Shown here in pieces: positions 24,750 to 38,863 of a stretch of 64,000 nt of DNA. Each line of letters begins with the position of its first letter. Position 1 is the stretch's first letter. The notes beneath the pieces are model-generated. The model was not told where the DNA came from, ran no database searches, and was given only the letters and a program-made list of their open reading frames with translations. Both the position numbers and the translations under genes were made by a program. Source of the stretch: Balanoglossus misakiensis (taxonomy: Eukaryota > Animalia > Hemichordata); assembly GCA_040954595.2 (NCBI GenBank), contig CM082576.2, forward strand, positions 15,919,028-15,983,027, read 5' to 3'.

Positions 24750-25450
24750 AGACCGTTTCCCTCTGTATGTATGTATGTATGTATGTATGTATGTATGTTT
24801 GCATGTATGCATGTGTTTGTGTGTGTGTGTATATGTGTGTATGCATGTTACATGTATATATGGATGTATGTCTGCCCTGATCAAAAACATGAAACCACTT
24901 CACGTATCACCTTGATATTTGGTGTGTAGATGGGATTCTGCTCAAATGAAGTTGTCATTGCAAAAATACGCAAATAGCCTGTGAAATATGTGGAATTGAT
25001 CAAAACTCAACAACTGGTTAGACTGCTTTGAACATTAGTATGCATGTAGGTAATGTCATCATACCTGATATACTTTGAGTTTATATCGTGAATTGTCTAT
25101 TTTTTATGCAATTATTTTGTCTTGTTTTACCATTTGAAAAACAAATCTTTTCCTCTTAAAGAGATTGGCTGATTTCTTTAGAATTTAGTATGACACTTCC
25201 GGTAGGTGATCTTAGTTGGTTTTGTTTAAATTGTCGCAGAATCTGTCATTTTTGGTCAAAATTCATTTTCTCAGAAACTCCTCAGATTGCTTTTAAATTT
25301 TGGTATGCTTGTTCCAAGAGGTAACCCAAGTAATGTTGTATATCATTTTGGTGAAGTTTACATATTGTGGTCTTGGGGCAATTTTTGCAATTTGTATTCT
25401 TTGAAACTACTAGTCAGATTGCTTTCAACTTTGGTAGGCATGGTGATTGA
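24750..25450 (+). mobile_element. Microsatellite-bearing non-autonomous repeat (DINE-1/Helentron-like), related to 36590-36900
   Basis: (TGTA)n is followed by ATCAAAAA...GTATCACCTTGATATTTGGTGTG...TCAAATGAAGTTGTCATTGC, shared with 36700-36800. Confidence 0.45.
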
Positions 25451-26024
25451 AGTAGATATTATACAATTTGTTGATAGTTGGATAGATGTGGTTTGAGGCA
25501 GTTTTTGTCATTGTTGAATGTTGTTTTCCCTAAAATACTTGTCTGGTTCCTTTGAAATGTTCTTACAGTAGGTCATATCTGCTTGCCAATGTTACATGAT
25601 TTTTCCCATGAACACAGACATACCTAATTTTGTGTAATCCCCAGATGGGACCACAGTGTGTAATAACCTGACCAACAGTGACTAGTATATCCTATGTGTT
25701 ATACAGTACTTCTTACAAGGTTGAATTGAAGTACATGTATGTTGATGATTTTTTGCGATTCTTCAGAAACTTAAAATACAGAGTCTAATGTGGTAAAGTC
25801 CATGGTCACATTCAGAACTACGTAGTCTATGCCCGGCAGTGTTCTGTCCGCTTTGCTTCCAAAACTAATATCTGGCCTCACTCATGCCACTTGCCCAATA
25901 AACTAATACCCCTTGCTGGGAATTATGATGTAACTAGCGTCCCTTTGAAGCCTATCACATATACTGAACAGTGTTGATTTGGTGTAAGATTATAGTGAAG
26001 GCAGCTGGGCTTATTACATTGAAA

Positions 26025-28686
26025 ACCCTGGCTCCACCCTAAAAAAACACCATTTTCCTTCACCTGACCAACTTTCATGTTTTTGTTTTATTGTGAACTT
26101 TGGTTATTGTGCTTTCACATAGAAGGTGTTTTATAGCCCTTACTTCTTCCCTTAGGTATGAAAAATAACATTTTCAGAAAGTATGCAACCAAAAAAACGC
26201 TCAAACAATGACTAATAAATAGCTAATTAATTATTCATGAATCTGTAATTCACGTAATTTGGGTTTGCATTGTCGGATTGAAAAAATTCTTGCAGTAAAA
26301 TGCTGGGCTACAAATGTGGAATTGCTTCAGTTAATCATTTATTATTATCTGTAACAACTATTTTCATTGGTCAGTCTACTTGCTTATACCTACTGTAGCC
26401 CAGGAAAATCGGCCAATCAGAGTGGGGCTACTATTTTTACAGTTGAATGATGGCCGCCATGACTGTCTTTTGTTATGTAAACGTACACTGTACTGCACTC
26501 TGCTGCATGCAAGCTGTATGTCGATCTGTTCGTCTTTGAAAACAAAATCGAAGCACCTATTTACTGACTCGAATCATACGGATGGCCCTTAGCAAGCCAG
26601 GTAAAACTTGTCATCGACCAAAAAAGCGAGCATTTTGTGGCAACAGATTTACAGGATCGTATTCAACCAGACAACCAGCGGTAGGAAGCCAACACATGTT
26701 GAGCCATTGAATGCATTGAGCCTATGGGCCAGTCATCGATTTCATCTTCTGAAAGTTTATGTAGTTGGGAAAGATTCACAGAGACTCTCCAGATACTGAA
26801 TGAGACGCAGATGATGAACTCTTGAGATACAGATTCCTTGATATTGAACTGCTCATTGAGTTTATTTAACAATTCTCCTGTCCCAAATGCACCCCTGAAA
26901 ACTTTGGTTGTGATGATGTGACATAGATGTCAAAGAGATTCGGACTGAACTCTAAGTTTGACGCTTGGGTTTGACGTTGTGTGCAGGATTGTAATGAACA
27001 CATGTAGAAGATCTGGCCGATTTTATGATGTAAATCATTGTTTCCCACTATCCATGTTTGCCATTGGAAGACACTTCTCTCAGGAGGTGCAGCTGGGAGA
27101 ACATAGGTCATCTACAAGCTATATGCATAAATGTACAAGTATCTGGGCCATATGAAAACACTAAAACAGGGAACACTGGCACTCATAATTGTGGCAAGTG
27201 GTATCCAATGCAATCTGGGTATGGTGACCTGAAAAAAGGAATTCTGCCAATATTTGTAAAGCTGTCTGACAACAACTTGCTGATGAGGTGTGTGCATGGA
27301 GGAACACATAACACAAATGACATTACACAACCCCATATGGGACCGTTGTCCCAAGGAGAATTTTGTTGGGCGTCGTCGGCTTGAGCTTGCAGTAGCAGAT
27401 GCTGTCATAGTGTACTATAATGAGAGGGAACTGGGACTATTACTTTCATTTTAGAAGTTAGAAATGAAAGCCAGTTACATACTATACTAGGGAAGGTTTA
27501 GATTCAACAGATAGAAAAGATATATTCATCGAGCCGCAGACGTCTTCGTGCTGCACATGAACAGCTAATGACCCAGACTGTGGTCCTGGTGAATTTTTGA
27601 TCAATTTCCTGTTTTTTTTTTTCACAAAAAACCTGCCCTCACTGTATATTATCATAAATTTCACTTCATAACTGCATCAGGTGAATGTTCACCATCTTAT
27701 ACATGCATATATTTGACCTTGATACAGTATTGATCCATTATAAACAGTAGAAACATAATTACCAACTTTGAATGCGATTTTCTCAAAATGGTATTTTCAG
27801 CAATTCTGTAGGCACGGTATGCAAAATATCTCAAGTAATTTTAAAGCAATTTTCTTGAAATTTTCAGTGATTGTTCATGATGTGATTTTCTATCAAATGA
27901 ACTAAGATCACTGTGCAAAGTGGAAAAATGTTTAAGATACAATGGATTGTGTTACATTGTTGCAAGATGCAAACTCAATTTTTTTGAATTATTTGCTCTA
28001 ACTTTTGAAAAAAAAGATATACACCAAAGATAATAGTTCATTTAATGCTAAACACATGCAAGTAAATGTGCGCAAAGTTTCAGGTCACTAGGTTGAACGG
28101 TTCTTGAGATATCACATTTTTTCTAAAAATCAATTTAGCTTTGGCGGCCATATTTGTCACATGACTAATTATGCAAATGAGTTCATGGAAACCCCAAAAC
28201 ACACATTTTCTGAATATTTGGGTAATGTATGTTATTGTTATATAAAAATCAAACTTACAATTGGTTCATAACCTTTGACAAGATAGCAGTCAATTTCAAC
28301 AAAAATCACTTTTTGTAACAGTGTATTTACCCAGCCAGGATGAAGAAAATTAACAAATAATATTCATCACTCTGTACAGAAATATGAATAAAATATGTTA
28401 AATATACCACAAAGTACTGAATTTGTGGTATTTAAATCACTGTACACCTACACAGAGCTCTTATATAAGAAGAATAACAAAAAAGTAAACTTTTTCTCAT
28501 ACTGTGGACTAATTTGCATATTTTAAGAGGTCAACAGAGGTCAATGACCTTGACATTTAGTCAAATTTCAGAGAAGTTCATGATGCATCACATGACCAAA
28601 TTTCATCAATATTGAACAAGTTTTAGCAAAATAGTGGTATAAATTGTACCACTAAAATGCATCAAAAATGAGGGTGGAGCCTGGCC
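26025..28686 (+). mobile_element. Decayed Kolobok-type DNA transposon with transposase remnant
   Basis: Terminal GGCTCCACCCT at 26030-26040 is inverted at 28671-28681 next to TTAT/TTAA. Frameshifted ILPIFVKLSDNNLLMRCVHGGTHNTN/LHNPIWDRCPKENFVGRRRLELAVADAVIV at ~27240-27415 matches the Mutator-like transposase family I associate with Kolobok. Confidence 0.65.
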
Positions 28687-28974
28687 TTATTAATTACACG
28701 TATGTATATCCTTTGTCTAATCATTGGAAAAACAATGTACATGTACCAAAGACTAAGTAGCTATTTGAAGGTGAATCGCAAGTGGGCACTTTCATTACTT
28801 AACCTCAAGCAGTCGGTTAGCTGCCGTATACTAAGACAAACATTCTCCAATCAGTATCAGTTCTGCCTTTATGTTATTTTAAGTCAATTGTCAAGGTTCA
28901 TGTACATATATTACAGCTTAACTGTCTTGTCAAAAACTTACGCATGTACATGTACCTAATTCTAGGATTACCTG

Positions 28975-30163
28975 TAGGGTTAGAGATATAGTGTTTTATA
29001 TTAATATGCATTAATATGAAACTAAAATTTGATGGTTAATTTAAAAAAAACCTGAGCAATGGTAACCTCGTTAAATATGTGCATATCTAATTCTAGGCTA
29101 TCTAATGGATGTGGAAACCTGGACATGGACAACTTCGGGGTCAAAATCTTTTGACAAACTTTTGGGTGATCTTGGGTAAACTTTGACCTACATTCCTATA
29201 TCTTGGCATCCGGCGCAGATACATCCTTGACACTTGGAGTGATGGAACTATGTAATGGAATATTATGTCTTGCCTCATTAATTATGTACTTACCTAATGC
29301 CAGCCTAACCAATAGGGCTGGAAGTCTGGCTTTTTTGGACATGATAAATTTGAGATCAACATTTTTCTACAGCAGCCAGCCTTCTTTTAAAAAGAATGGA
29401 CAATATAAAGGCTTTGATGGTATACTGAACTTTTGACTTCCCTCCCTGAGACTGTGTGCCAATGACGGGATAGCCTACTCAGCGTTGGGTAGATCCTAAG
29501 AAGGCCTCAGCCAGGCATCAAATACAAAAAGCGGAAATCCAAACTTTAATGGTGGGTTACATTGTTAACTTCCCTGCAGAGCTGATTTCTCAGACTGTGA
29601 GCCAATGACGGGTAAAGCCCCTAGGTAGGGGCCACCTAAGACAGGCCGGTCAAGCTTTAATTACAAAGAAGGGCAAGTTCAGTCATACCACAACTTTGTC
29701 TGCTGTATATGCTTCATAATGATTGCATGGTATTTTGAGGATACATTGTGTTAAAGGTAGTGTGACCAGCTAAAAAGTACTGGCAAACACAGCCAATGTG
29801 TAATGAAAAACATCTAATTTGGCTAAATAAAAGACATAAAACACAGCAAAAGCACTGTTACTAGCGGAGACATAATACTCCATTATGCAGTTCCATCACT
29901 CCAACTGTCAAGGATGTATCTGCTCTGGATGCCAAGATATAGTAATGTAGGTCGAAGTTTACCCAAGATCACCCAACATTTTGTCAAAAGATTTTGACCC
30001 CATAGTTGTCCATGTCCAGGTTTCTACCGCAACTGGATAGCCTAGAATTAGATATGTACATATATAATGAGGTTACCATGGATCAAGGCAGTCCTAAGTA
30101 AAGCATCAAATTTTTAGTTTCATGTTAATTCATGTTAATATAAAACGCTGTATCTCTAACCCA
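28975..30163. repeat. Inverted repeat pair (~295-bp arms, 28975-29270 and 29868-30163), MITE-like
   Basis: GGGTTAGAGATATAGTGTTTTATATTAA pairs with TTAATATAAAACGCTGTATCTCTAACCC; the internal GGGTCAAAATCTTTTGACAAA is also mirrored. Confidence 0.85.
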
Positions 30164-32514
30164 CTGGTATGCCATTCTGTGTTTCATGCTACTCAATATT
30201 GGTAAGTAGGTAAAAAGTCACCCAAGACCATTTGAAATTTTGCTGTAAAAATCTCGTCTGTTACATATGTATATTTGGTGAAGGGGAAATTTTAATCACA
30301 GAGTAGAACATATTCATAAAAAAATATTTGAGGGAAAGAAGGAAGTTTTTCATAGCTTTGGTGCTTCAAATAGTGGAGAGGTTCCCTTGTTATTTCAATG
30401 AAACCTTAATGTCAACATTATATCCTTAGACTCAAACTCAGAGTTGCCAATCTTTCATTATTTTCATGATATTACTTTCCATCTTAGATTGGTTCATCTA
30501 AACAAACTGACTGATAGGTATACATGAACATTTTATTGACCAATGAATGTGCCTGTATGTTGCAATTTAAAGAAGTCAGATATTAAACGAGGGCCACACC
30601 TGTTTCAAGCAGCCTCCATATGGAGGGTACACATCGCCAAGAGATGACAAACCCATGCAAATTCAAGTAATATGGCTCAATGATTGTGATTTTAATTTAA
30701 AGGATAGGGAGTAGATTTGAAAACTGTTATTGTGAAAAAAGATGACTGTGTATAATTTGGCAGCTTGTGAGGCTTTAATTGTAAAATCTTTGAAATGTGT
30801 TTTACTCTTTAGGTCCAATTTTGTATATGTCAATATACCATTGGTACCAATGTAAAATTGTTCTAAACTCAGAAAAAGGTACTGGTCAGATTGCTTTAGA
30901 AATTGGTGTGTATTTATGTTATTGAGACCTTATACAGATTTTGTTTTTCATTTTTAAAGTATATTTTTGGGGTGATTTTTGTCGTCATATACTCAGAAAC
31001 CTCTACCCACATTTTTTTTAAAATTTGGTTTGCGTGTTCTTAGGTGTGGTTTTATGACAATTTAACAAACCCAGTGATGGAAGTGACAATATTGTTTGTT
31101 TTTTTTGGCAATTTTTGTCTGATTGCTTTGCAATTTAGTTTGCAGTTTCTAGGGAATTCTTACTGTGATGCACAGCACATTGCAACGTAAGCCATCATGT
31201 GCAAATGTGACAACCATGGCCATGTAATACGCACTCCCCAATTTCACAAAATTCACACAGGTGATTTACTATCCTCATGCGCTTTGTTGAACTGGCACAC
31301 TGTTGCAAAACAGACATTACAACACTCTTTGAATTGAATTCATAGCTACCAATTTTTCGGGGGTGTAGCACCTTTTTATGCCTAAAACTTTGATCAAGAA
31401 CTTCAAATTAAATGCAACCCTCCAAATATTTGCAATATTTCAGGTAAAATGATATAATTTTGAAGCATAAATTTTGATGTATTCATAATCATTAAGAGAA
31501 ACATTTTGAAAATAGAATATTGATCAAAATCACACTAACACTATCAGTCATAACACTTTTCAATCATCAATAAAGAACATATAGAATAATTTTTACAGGA
31601 TTTAATTATTTATATTTGAACGCAAAGTGTAAATTCCCTTGTGCCATGGAATTGACAATCTGCAACTGGTGGGGTCCTTCTGCCAGTAAGAAGCATCAGA
31701 TAAATTCTGCATGTTCATCACCGAGGCAATTTAGGTGTACTTTTGTACTTTGAGAACTGTCGGTTTTCGCAACTGAAACTCTGTTCACAGGACAGAGGAA
31801 AAACTAGAATGACAACAGCTATGTAAGCTAACAAAAGGAACACAGAGAATAGTTCTCCATACTCATATTTTAATGCAATAATTTTTGCTGAAACTGGGGC
31901 ATCCGTGGGCAGGCAAAGGCAGTTCTAACTCGACTTGCAAATCAGGCCCATGTCTCTTGTTTGCTGATACTGTCTGGTTCTAATAATAGCTGTAAGAACA
32001 TAATCGTTGACCAAACTGTTGGTTCAGTTTTGCAACATTTTATGATTTCAAGCTGTGCAATATTTGCAACTCGGTTTCAACTTTGGTTAGAGGGATAATG
32101 ATTAAGCCATTTCACTGACAAAATAGCACTACTAACTGATGTCAATATTTGTTTACAATCAAACGCATTGCCATCAGAAAAACGCATGTGAGAAATTTCT
32201 TATGTGCATAATACACACTTTTGTGCATGACTGCAAACTCTGTTACAGTTGTGAAATTCTAAGGGTTGAATTCATTGGGTAGAATTCATGTTTTTTGGAT
32301 TCTTAAACAATCTTAGTCACCAAAGCTAAATGGTTACCTCAGAGAAACTGTTAAATTTGGTCATCAATTGCTTTAAATCACACAAGACATTCCTAGACCT
32401 CAGTTACTGCAGCAGTCAGTTTCAACTCGGCTTGCAAATTGGGATCATGTCTTGTGTTCATCGAGACTGTCTGTAGTCGAGTTGACTGTCCTATGTGCTC
32501 AATGGTGAACCTAC

Positions 32515-35500
32515 AAATGTTCTTTCCTATGAAGTTGTTATACATCTAATGTTTCAGGATTTGCATTCATATTGACACCTTAAACAATACATCTGTATTG
32601 CAAATATGGCAGGGTTGGGCAACACTTCTAAATTGCATAATCAGAAATGACTGTGGAACACCTTCTCTGTACTGTTTGTGCCAAAATGTTGAATAACCAT
32701 TCGTTTTCAAGATTGCCGTAAAATGGGCACCCAAAACAAGACAACTGCATTGCAGATATGGCATTTCTGTTCAACTCTCTCAATTTGCCTAATCCAAAAT
32801 GACCGCCAAACTCCTCTAACATGTAAATTTCCCATGGTTGTCTTAAATGGTGTGTAATATCGCATTTGCAGGGTTTTCATCAATATGGGTACCTAAAACA
32901 ATTTCAACGTGGTTGACATGGCAATATTAGACAGCTGTTCTAATTTGCATAATCCAAAATGGCCGCCAAACACCTCTTACATGTAAATTTCCCATGGTTG
33001 TCTTAAATGGTGTGTAATATTGCATTTGCATGGTTTTCATTAATATGGGTACCTCAAACAATTTCAACGTGGTTGACATGGAAATATTAGACTGCTGTTC
33101 TAATTTGCGTAATCCAAAATGGCCGCCAAACACCTCTAACATGTAAATTTCCCATGGTTGTCTTAAATGGTGTGTAATATCCCATCCATTTCCAACTAAG
33201 TGCGCATATTTCTTAATCTGCACCACAAAACTGATGCAAGGATTAGGACTGGAAATGTATGTGGCCAACTGGCCGACACCCCGGGCGAGGGTACTCCAAC
33301 TATTTTCAGCACGTAGTCTGCCGCCCAGTTGATAATATCAACATGTGTAAATGCCAAAAACCCGACCTATTTGTATTATAAGTCAAATTTTAAGGTCATT
33401 TACCATATTCTCTTGCATATGAAGTTTTTCTTAAAGAATACATACCCATATACCTTTGTATGGGAGTACACATCCCCCACCCCCACCCCCGTGCCAACAC
33501 TAGGTGGACAACTTTTTTCTTCCTAATATACTTCTTTATAAGTCTAAACATTCATATAGAGAAGGCAACATGTTCTTGAAGCTGCTGACTATGGAAATAT
33601 GATGAAGTATATTTTTCCTAGCTGTGCATGTGCAGTATAATTGGCCCAATGTACCAATTTGAGATGTGTGCCTTACAAGCAACACAGGCTGTATGCCAAG
33701 CCTTGTCTGTCGGCACTATGAAGGGTATTGGAAGAATGTCTCTGCTGGCCAAAGTGGCCAGCAGTCTATCATAAAGGTCGGAAAAATAGCCCTAAAAGGT
33801 ATGACACAGTCTGCAGATCTAGTGCATGAGTGGATTGATACGTGTCCCATCACTGTACATGCATCAGCCAGCCAGTATGGATGATATGTACTCTAGCATT
33901 ATGCACCAAATGAAAATGGTCCAAATTGCAAAAAAGGAGATGAAACTCCCGCTAGCCTATAACGCAATCCGTAGATAAAGAGACAACATGTTCAGGCTTT
34001 GGATCTAAACATGGTGGATACTGACGAGGGTGTGGTGAAAGATGGTGAATCCCTGGATGTTTTGAGGTCGGAATTCTGAAAAGGATTCCCATCGTGAGAT
34101 TGTGGAACAGGATGATGCAGAGGGGCTGGCTCTTTGTGACTCCTATCAGTGGGAATGGACATATATTTGGGATAAAGAGGTTGCACTTCCATGCTTCATG
34201 ATTAGTACGGTAAACTTGGGTTAAAATTCTGACTGAACATGTCTATCAGAAAATATAACTTAAATTTAATTACAAATACAATTCCCTGTTTCAGGCTCAC
34301 ATTAACAGTTATCATACATAAAATGTTGAAAATTTTGTTCCAGTTATATTCACACGACCTGATATTTGGTGCATTTCTTTACCTGTTGTTTAAATAGCAT
34401 TAGAAATAAATTGTATACATGAAAAACCCGGAAAATTAGTAAAATCTGTGTTGTGTCACAGATGCTTTTTGTGAACACACCGAGGTGGTCTTCACTAGCC
34501 CCACCTCCATTTCCCTGACCAATCAGCGCCGTTGGTGCTGACCTTTACTGCTTCGTTACTGACCAATCAGCTTGGTCTGTGCACACGGCCCTTAGCGTCA
34601 GACTGGCCGTCCTTTGTTTCCCCATTCCTTCATTCATTCTTTCAGTTCTCTGCTTGAGCCAGGTCGCATCGTCTTTCCCACCTCCACCCCGTTCTTCCAC
34701 CTTTCCTTTCTCCCCTTCATTCCTGTGGTCTGCCTTGGATTTCATCCTGACCCCCATCTCTCGGGAAGTGCACAACCTCCCTCACATTTCGGCCTGTCAG
34801 GATAGATTCACCCACAGGGCCAGGTTCGACCGCTTGACTGAAGGGCCCCCTCCCAATTTTAGATTAGCGTTTTTATTTGAATAGCTAGACTAGTGTATTT
34901 TAGTTTTATTGTTCATTTATTGACTCTTGTGTTTTTCTCTGTATTTTATTAAGTTATGTTAAGCGAGTTTCTTGTTCGGGTATTAAAAGCCTTACTTTTA
35001 CCTCAATCCAGTGTGGTGTGTTTCACAAATGCAAATTAGGAGAGTGGGAAAATATGCCCTATTTGCAATGCAGTATTGGGTGTCCATATGAACGTAATCT
35101 TGAAAACAAAACATTATTCACTATTTTGACACAAACAGTGCAAAATTTGATTTTGGAGGTGTTCCATGGCCTTTTTCGATTATGCAAATTAGAAGAGTTG
35201 CCTAACACAGCCATATATGCAATACAGTTGTATATTGTTTACGGTACCCATATGAATACAAATCCTGAAAATGCGATATTACACATCGTTTTGGGAAACA
35301 TGGCAAAATTTCATTTTTAGTGGTGATTGGCAGCCATTTTTGATTATGCAAATTAGAAAAGTTGCCAAACACTGCCATATTTGCAATACATAACCAATAT
35401 GGATGCAAATCCTAAAATATATATTACACATAATTTTGAGAAAAAAAGGGCAAAATTTTATTTCAGAGAAGGTATTTGGCGGCCATTTTTGATCATGCAT

Positions 35501-35604
35501 ATTAGAAGAATTGTCCAACATTGCCGTTTTGGCAACTCAGCTGGAATAGGTCTGGGTTCCCATATGAATGCAAATAAGCAAAAAACTTCATAGGAAAGAA
35601 CATT
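32515..35604. mobile_element. Foldback-like element with tandemly repeated (~159-bp) inverted arms
   Basis: AAATGTTCTTTCCTATGAAGTT at 32515 is inverted at 35583-35604. Units CTAATTTGCATAATCCAAAATGGCCGCCAAACACC at 32620-33180 are mirrored as ATTATGCAAATTAGAA at 35030-35510. Confidence 0.7.
34470..35027 (+). mobile_element. Probable solo LTR
   Basis: TGTGAACACACC...GGTGTGTTTCACA inverted ends, CCAAT boxes and ATTAAA near the 3' end. No clear TSD. Confidence 0.55.
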
Positions 35605-36589
35605 TCGTTTGATTTGGAACATTTTACACTTTCAAGCTGTGTGTATTTAACTCTGTTGCAATTCTGGTTGGAGAGACAAATGGCTTAAGCCATTTAATTG
35701 AAAATATAGCACTACTTCACCAGGGTTGTGCAGTACCTTTGACAACGCTTTGAACAATGTTGCAAAAAACTTTGTGTTGAAGCTTGCTACAAGACTTGGC
35801 GTGCTGAAGCCTCTTATACTAGTCTAAGTTGAACCTTAGCTGTAACTACCTTTGTGAAAGCTTAAAGCCTCAGTATTTCTCGTAGGGGCAAAATTTTGTT
35901 TGAAATGGCATCTATAATTTCTAAAAGTAGATGATAATTGATACTGAATCGAACAGTCATCCTCCCCAGCTCTGCTCATAAACTCATACAATTTACAATA
36001 TAACGAGTGAAGAATGACTTTCTGTCCGGACAGAAAGTCAGGCTTTGTTGACACACGTGACTAGTGCGCATGCGCACTCAAATGTGAATCTACACGGAAG
36101 AGGTTTAGTCGCCCCAAATCTTACGACTCAGCGAAGAAATGCGCACTAATTCGGCGAAATTTTGGGAAGATAACTTTATGGGAGAAATCAGTCGATGGAA
36201 CCAGATCAAATCCGAAAATGGTCTGACCATCAAATGTCAAAGTGGCACGTTTGCTGATCGACATGTACAACATTTCCGTTGTAAACAAACCCGCGCATCA
36301 TTTCAAGTGTTACGGGCAATATTTACAGCTTGCACGTAGCTACAGTTGCCCAAACCTTTCTTCTATCTTCATTATGTAGTATTCCATGATGAATGTACGG
36401 GAAAAACGGGCATTTTTCGATGATGAAAAATGGATACACACGAGAAATACTGGGGCTTTAACATCCAAATCTTTGGCCAAGGATAGGGTTACTAAACTTC
36501 TTCAAAGCTTGGTGAAAAACTTCAACGATGCTTTTCTATACAAACATTTAAACAAGCTGAAATTGTTGAAGCTTTGTCAAAGGTGTTCA

Positions 36590-36900
36590 TTTTTGGGTCC
36601 CATTGGTATGTACCATGGGACCTTATGGGATCGGTTGCGTCTGTATGTATGTATGTATGTATGTATGTATGGATGGATGTATGTCTGTATGTCCGTCCAC
36701 ATCAAAAACTTGAAAACCGCTGTGTGTATCACCTTGATATTTGGTGTGCTGATGCAGGCTGGGCTGTAGATGGGAGTTTGTTCAAATGAAGTTGTCATTG
36801 CCAAAAATTTGCAAATTAGCTGGACAAATGTGAATTTGGGCAAAACTTAGTAACTCAAGAACTACTGGTCGGATTGCTTTGCAAAGTGGTGTGTATGTAT
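36590..36900 (+). mobile_element. DINE-1/Helentron-like non-autonomous repeat
   Basis: T-run, hairpin GGTCCCATTGGTATGTACCATGGGACC, (GTAT)n microsatellite and a body shared with 24880-25030. Confidence 0.5.
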
Positions 36901-37288
36901 TTACTTTATTGAGTTGTTTTAATTGGGCAGGAAGTTCCCTGGTGTGATTGACTTACACAGCAAATTCCTGAATGATTACATAACTGGCCAAGTTTTAAAG
37001 AGGCCAGCTGTTCTATTTAGTGTATGTACTGGCAGTTCATATGCCATTGGCAGCTCATGGGTCAGTCAGTGCTTGCCCATTGATGTCTCGCTATATGTGT
37101 GTGTGTCTGTCTGTCTAGCACGGAGACCAGGGCATTGATCTAGAATACAACGCCCGGGGACAGTCGAGCAAGTCCTGCTGAGCTGAAAGATAGTAGCCCT
37201 GGCAACGATCAGGGTCGCTTAGTAACGAATGGATAACGAGTGATCTATCAAATGTTGACGGGCGCCAGTGGTTGGATGATATAATTAA

Positions 37289-38075
37289 GATGGGTCCCCC
37301 GGATCTTTTTGCCCGTTGCTATGGGCCTTTGCAGGACATTACACCCCGATTTGGACTAAGCCGTTTTCAGAGTCTAACAAGGGGCTGGTAACTGGTTGAA
37401 AATCTGCACGATTGTGAGCGCGCGCCCCCTGACGCCATTGATACGCAAATTAGCTAGGTCAAATTTCAAAAGCCTAAGGCTTTTTATTCCGTGACCTCAA
37501 AAACGAACTTGATACGTATTCATTAGTTGCTTGAACCAGGGAAGATCGTGACGGATTTTGTTTTCGAATATTATCGTTGTATCCTACGATTTCAGCATAC
37601 CCGTACCACACCTGAAAAAGTCATCGATTTTGGGTGTTTTTGGACGCACTCTTCCACCGGTATCGCTTCTTAGCACGACGAAAACCGAAAAAACGATCCG
37701 TCACACTGTGCGGAAGTGCGTTCTCAACAAGCAGGTCAAATTTGACTGGCGTACGTGGCCTATGAAAAAAGCCTTAGGGATTTTCGTGAACGATACAAAA
37801 TCTCTGTGTACAAAACATTGGATTTTTAGCGTTCGATCCAGTTACTGTGGTTACAGGACGCGCACGCTATCGCTGACCGCTGTTTTGCCGTATTAGCGTG
37901 GCGGCCTATGGTAGCTGCCGTAAACATACTCGGACAGGGGGTGTGCACACAATCGTGTGTATTTTTAACTAGTTACAAGCCCCTTGTCGGACGTTCATAA
38001 TGGTTTCGATCAAAATTGAGTGTAGTGTCCTATAAAGGCCCATAGCAACGAGCACAAAGATACGGGGGACCCATC
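37289..38075. mobile_element. TTAA-flanked MITE with ~130-bp TIRs (Kolobok-type)
   Basis: TTAA|GATGGGTCCCCCG...CGGGGGACCCATC|TTAA. Confidence 0.88.
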
Positions 38076-38863
38076 TTAACAAAGCTTGGTTATGAATATT
38101 CATACACCTTCTGTAGTAACCTCGATGTGCCGTCTCAAATGGCGCCCTAATTCACATCAAAGGTCACAGGGTTCTATAGAATTTGCCGTTAACTAACTGG
38201 AGCTCACCATCGCCGACGAACATTCCTTGTCAGATGTCACAGAAAACGCTGATCGGAACTTTACACGAACATTTAATGACTGAACATACAACACTGGCAC
38301 TGGATGATGCGTCGCGGTGGTTGAAGTTTCCGTAGAAAACTGGCAAAATCCCCAGGCTAACTGCGCAAAAGTCCTCACATGTGCGCCATGGAATTTTCCA
38401 GATATTTTCTAAACAAAAGCGCATGCGCTAATGTACTCACAGCGCGAGGGCGCTAGACTAAATATTTCAGTTTCTCTAAGAACTGGGCGTCCTTACACCA
38501 GCCCCCAAATTGTTCATGAAAAAACATTAACAATTTCCATCCTAGCAAATTCAAAACGCCAACATCCATATGTGCCGAAATTACATATCAAATAGAAATT
38601 ACAAAACAATATCTTTAAATCGAAACGCGAAGTCGAAAAAGTTTTTCAGGAAACGCGAATACAAGAATCCTTTTCTTCATGAATGTGATGATACATCCTA
38701 GACCATGCCCAGACCTCGTCCGGTCAATCATGCTGCCAAGCATGATATCCAACACATCTGTACTTCAAAGATGAGATCAAACGCTGGACGTAGTGGATAG
38801 ACTGGCCACTACTTGAGATCGTTGTTATTACAGCTGCTGGTAACTGCAACCATACCAATACCA

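Larger units (their letters stand above)
23770..32338. repeat. Pair of ~810-bp inverted repeats (23770-24577 and 31532-32338) enclosing ~7 kb
   Basis: GGTAACCATTTAG...GTGTTATGACTGATTGTGTTAG is reverse-complementary to CTAACACTATCAGTCATAACAC...CTAAATGGTTACC, with long exact stretches. Confidence 0.9.

Noticed and set aside
33590-34200. Possible coding remnant in the foldback spacer
   Set aside because: Stops in all frames and no recognisable motif.
24741-36843. CMYV/HTYI-repeat ORFs at 24741, 36386, 36574 and 36577
   Set aside because: Translations of (TGTA)n microsatellites.
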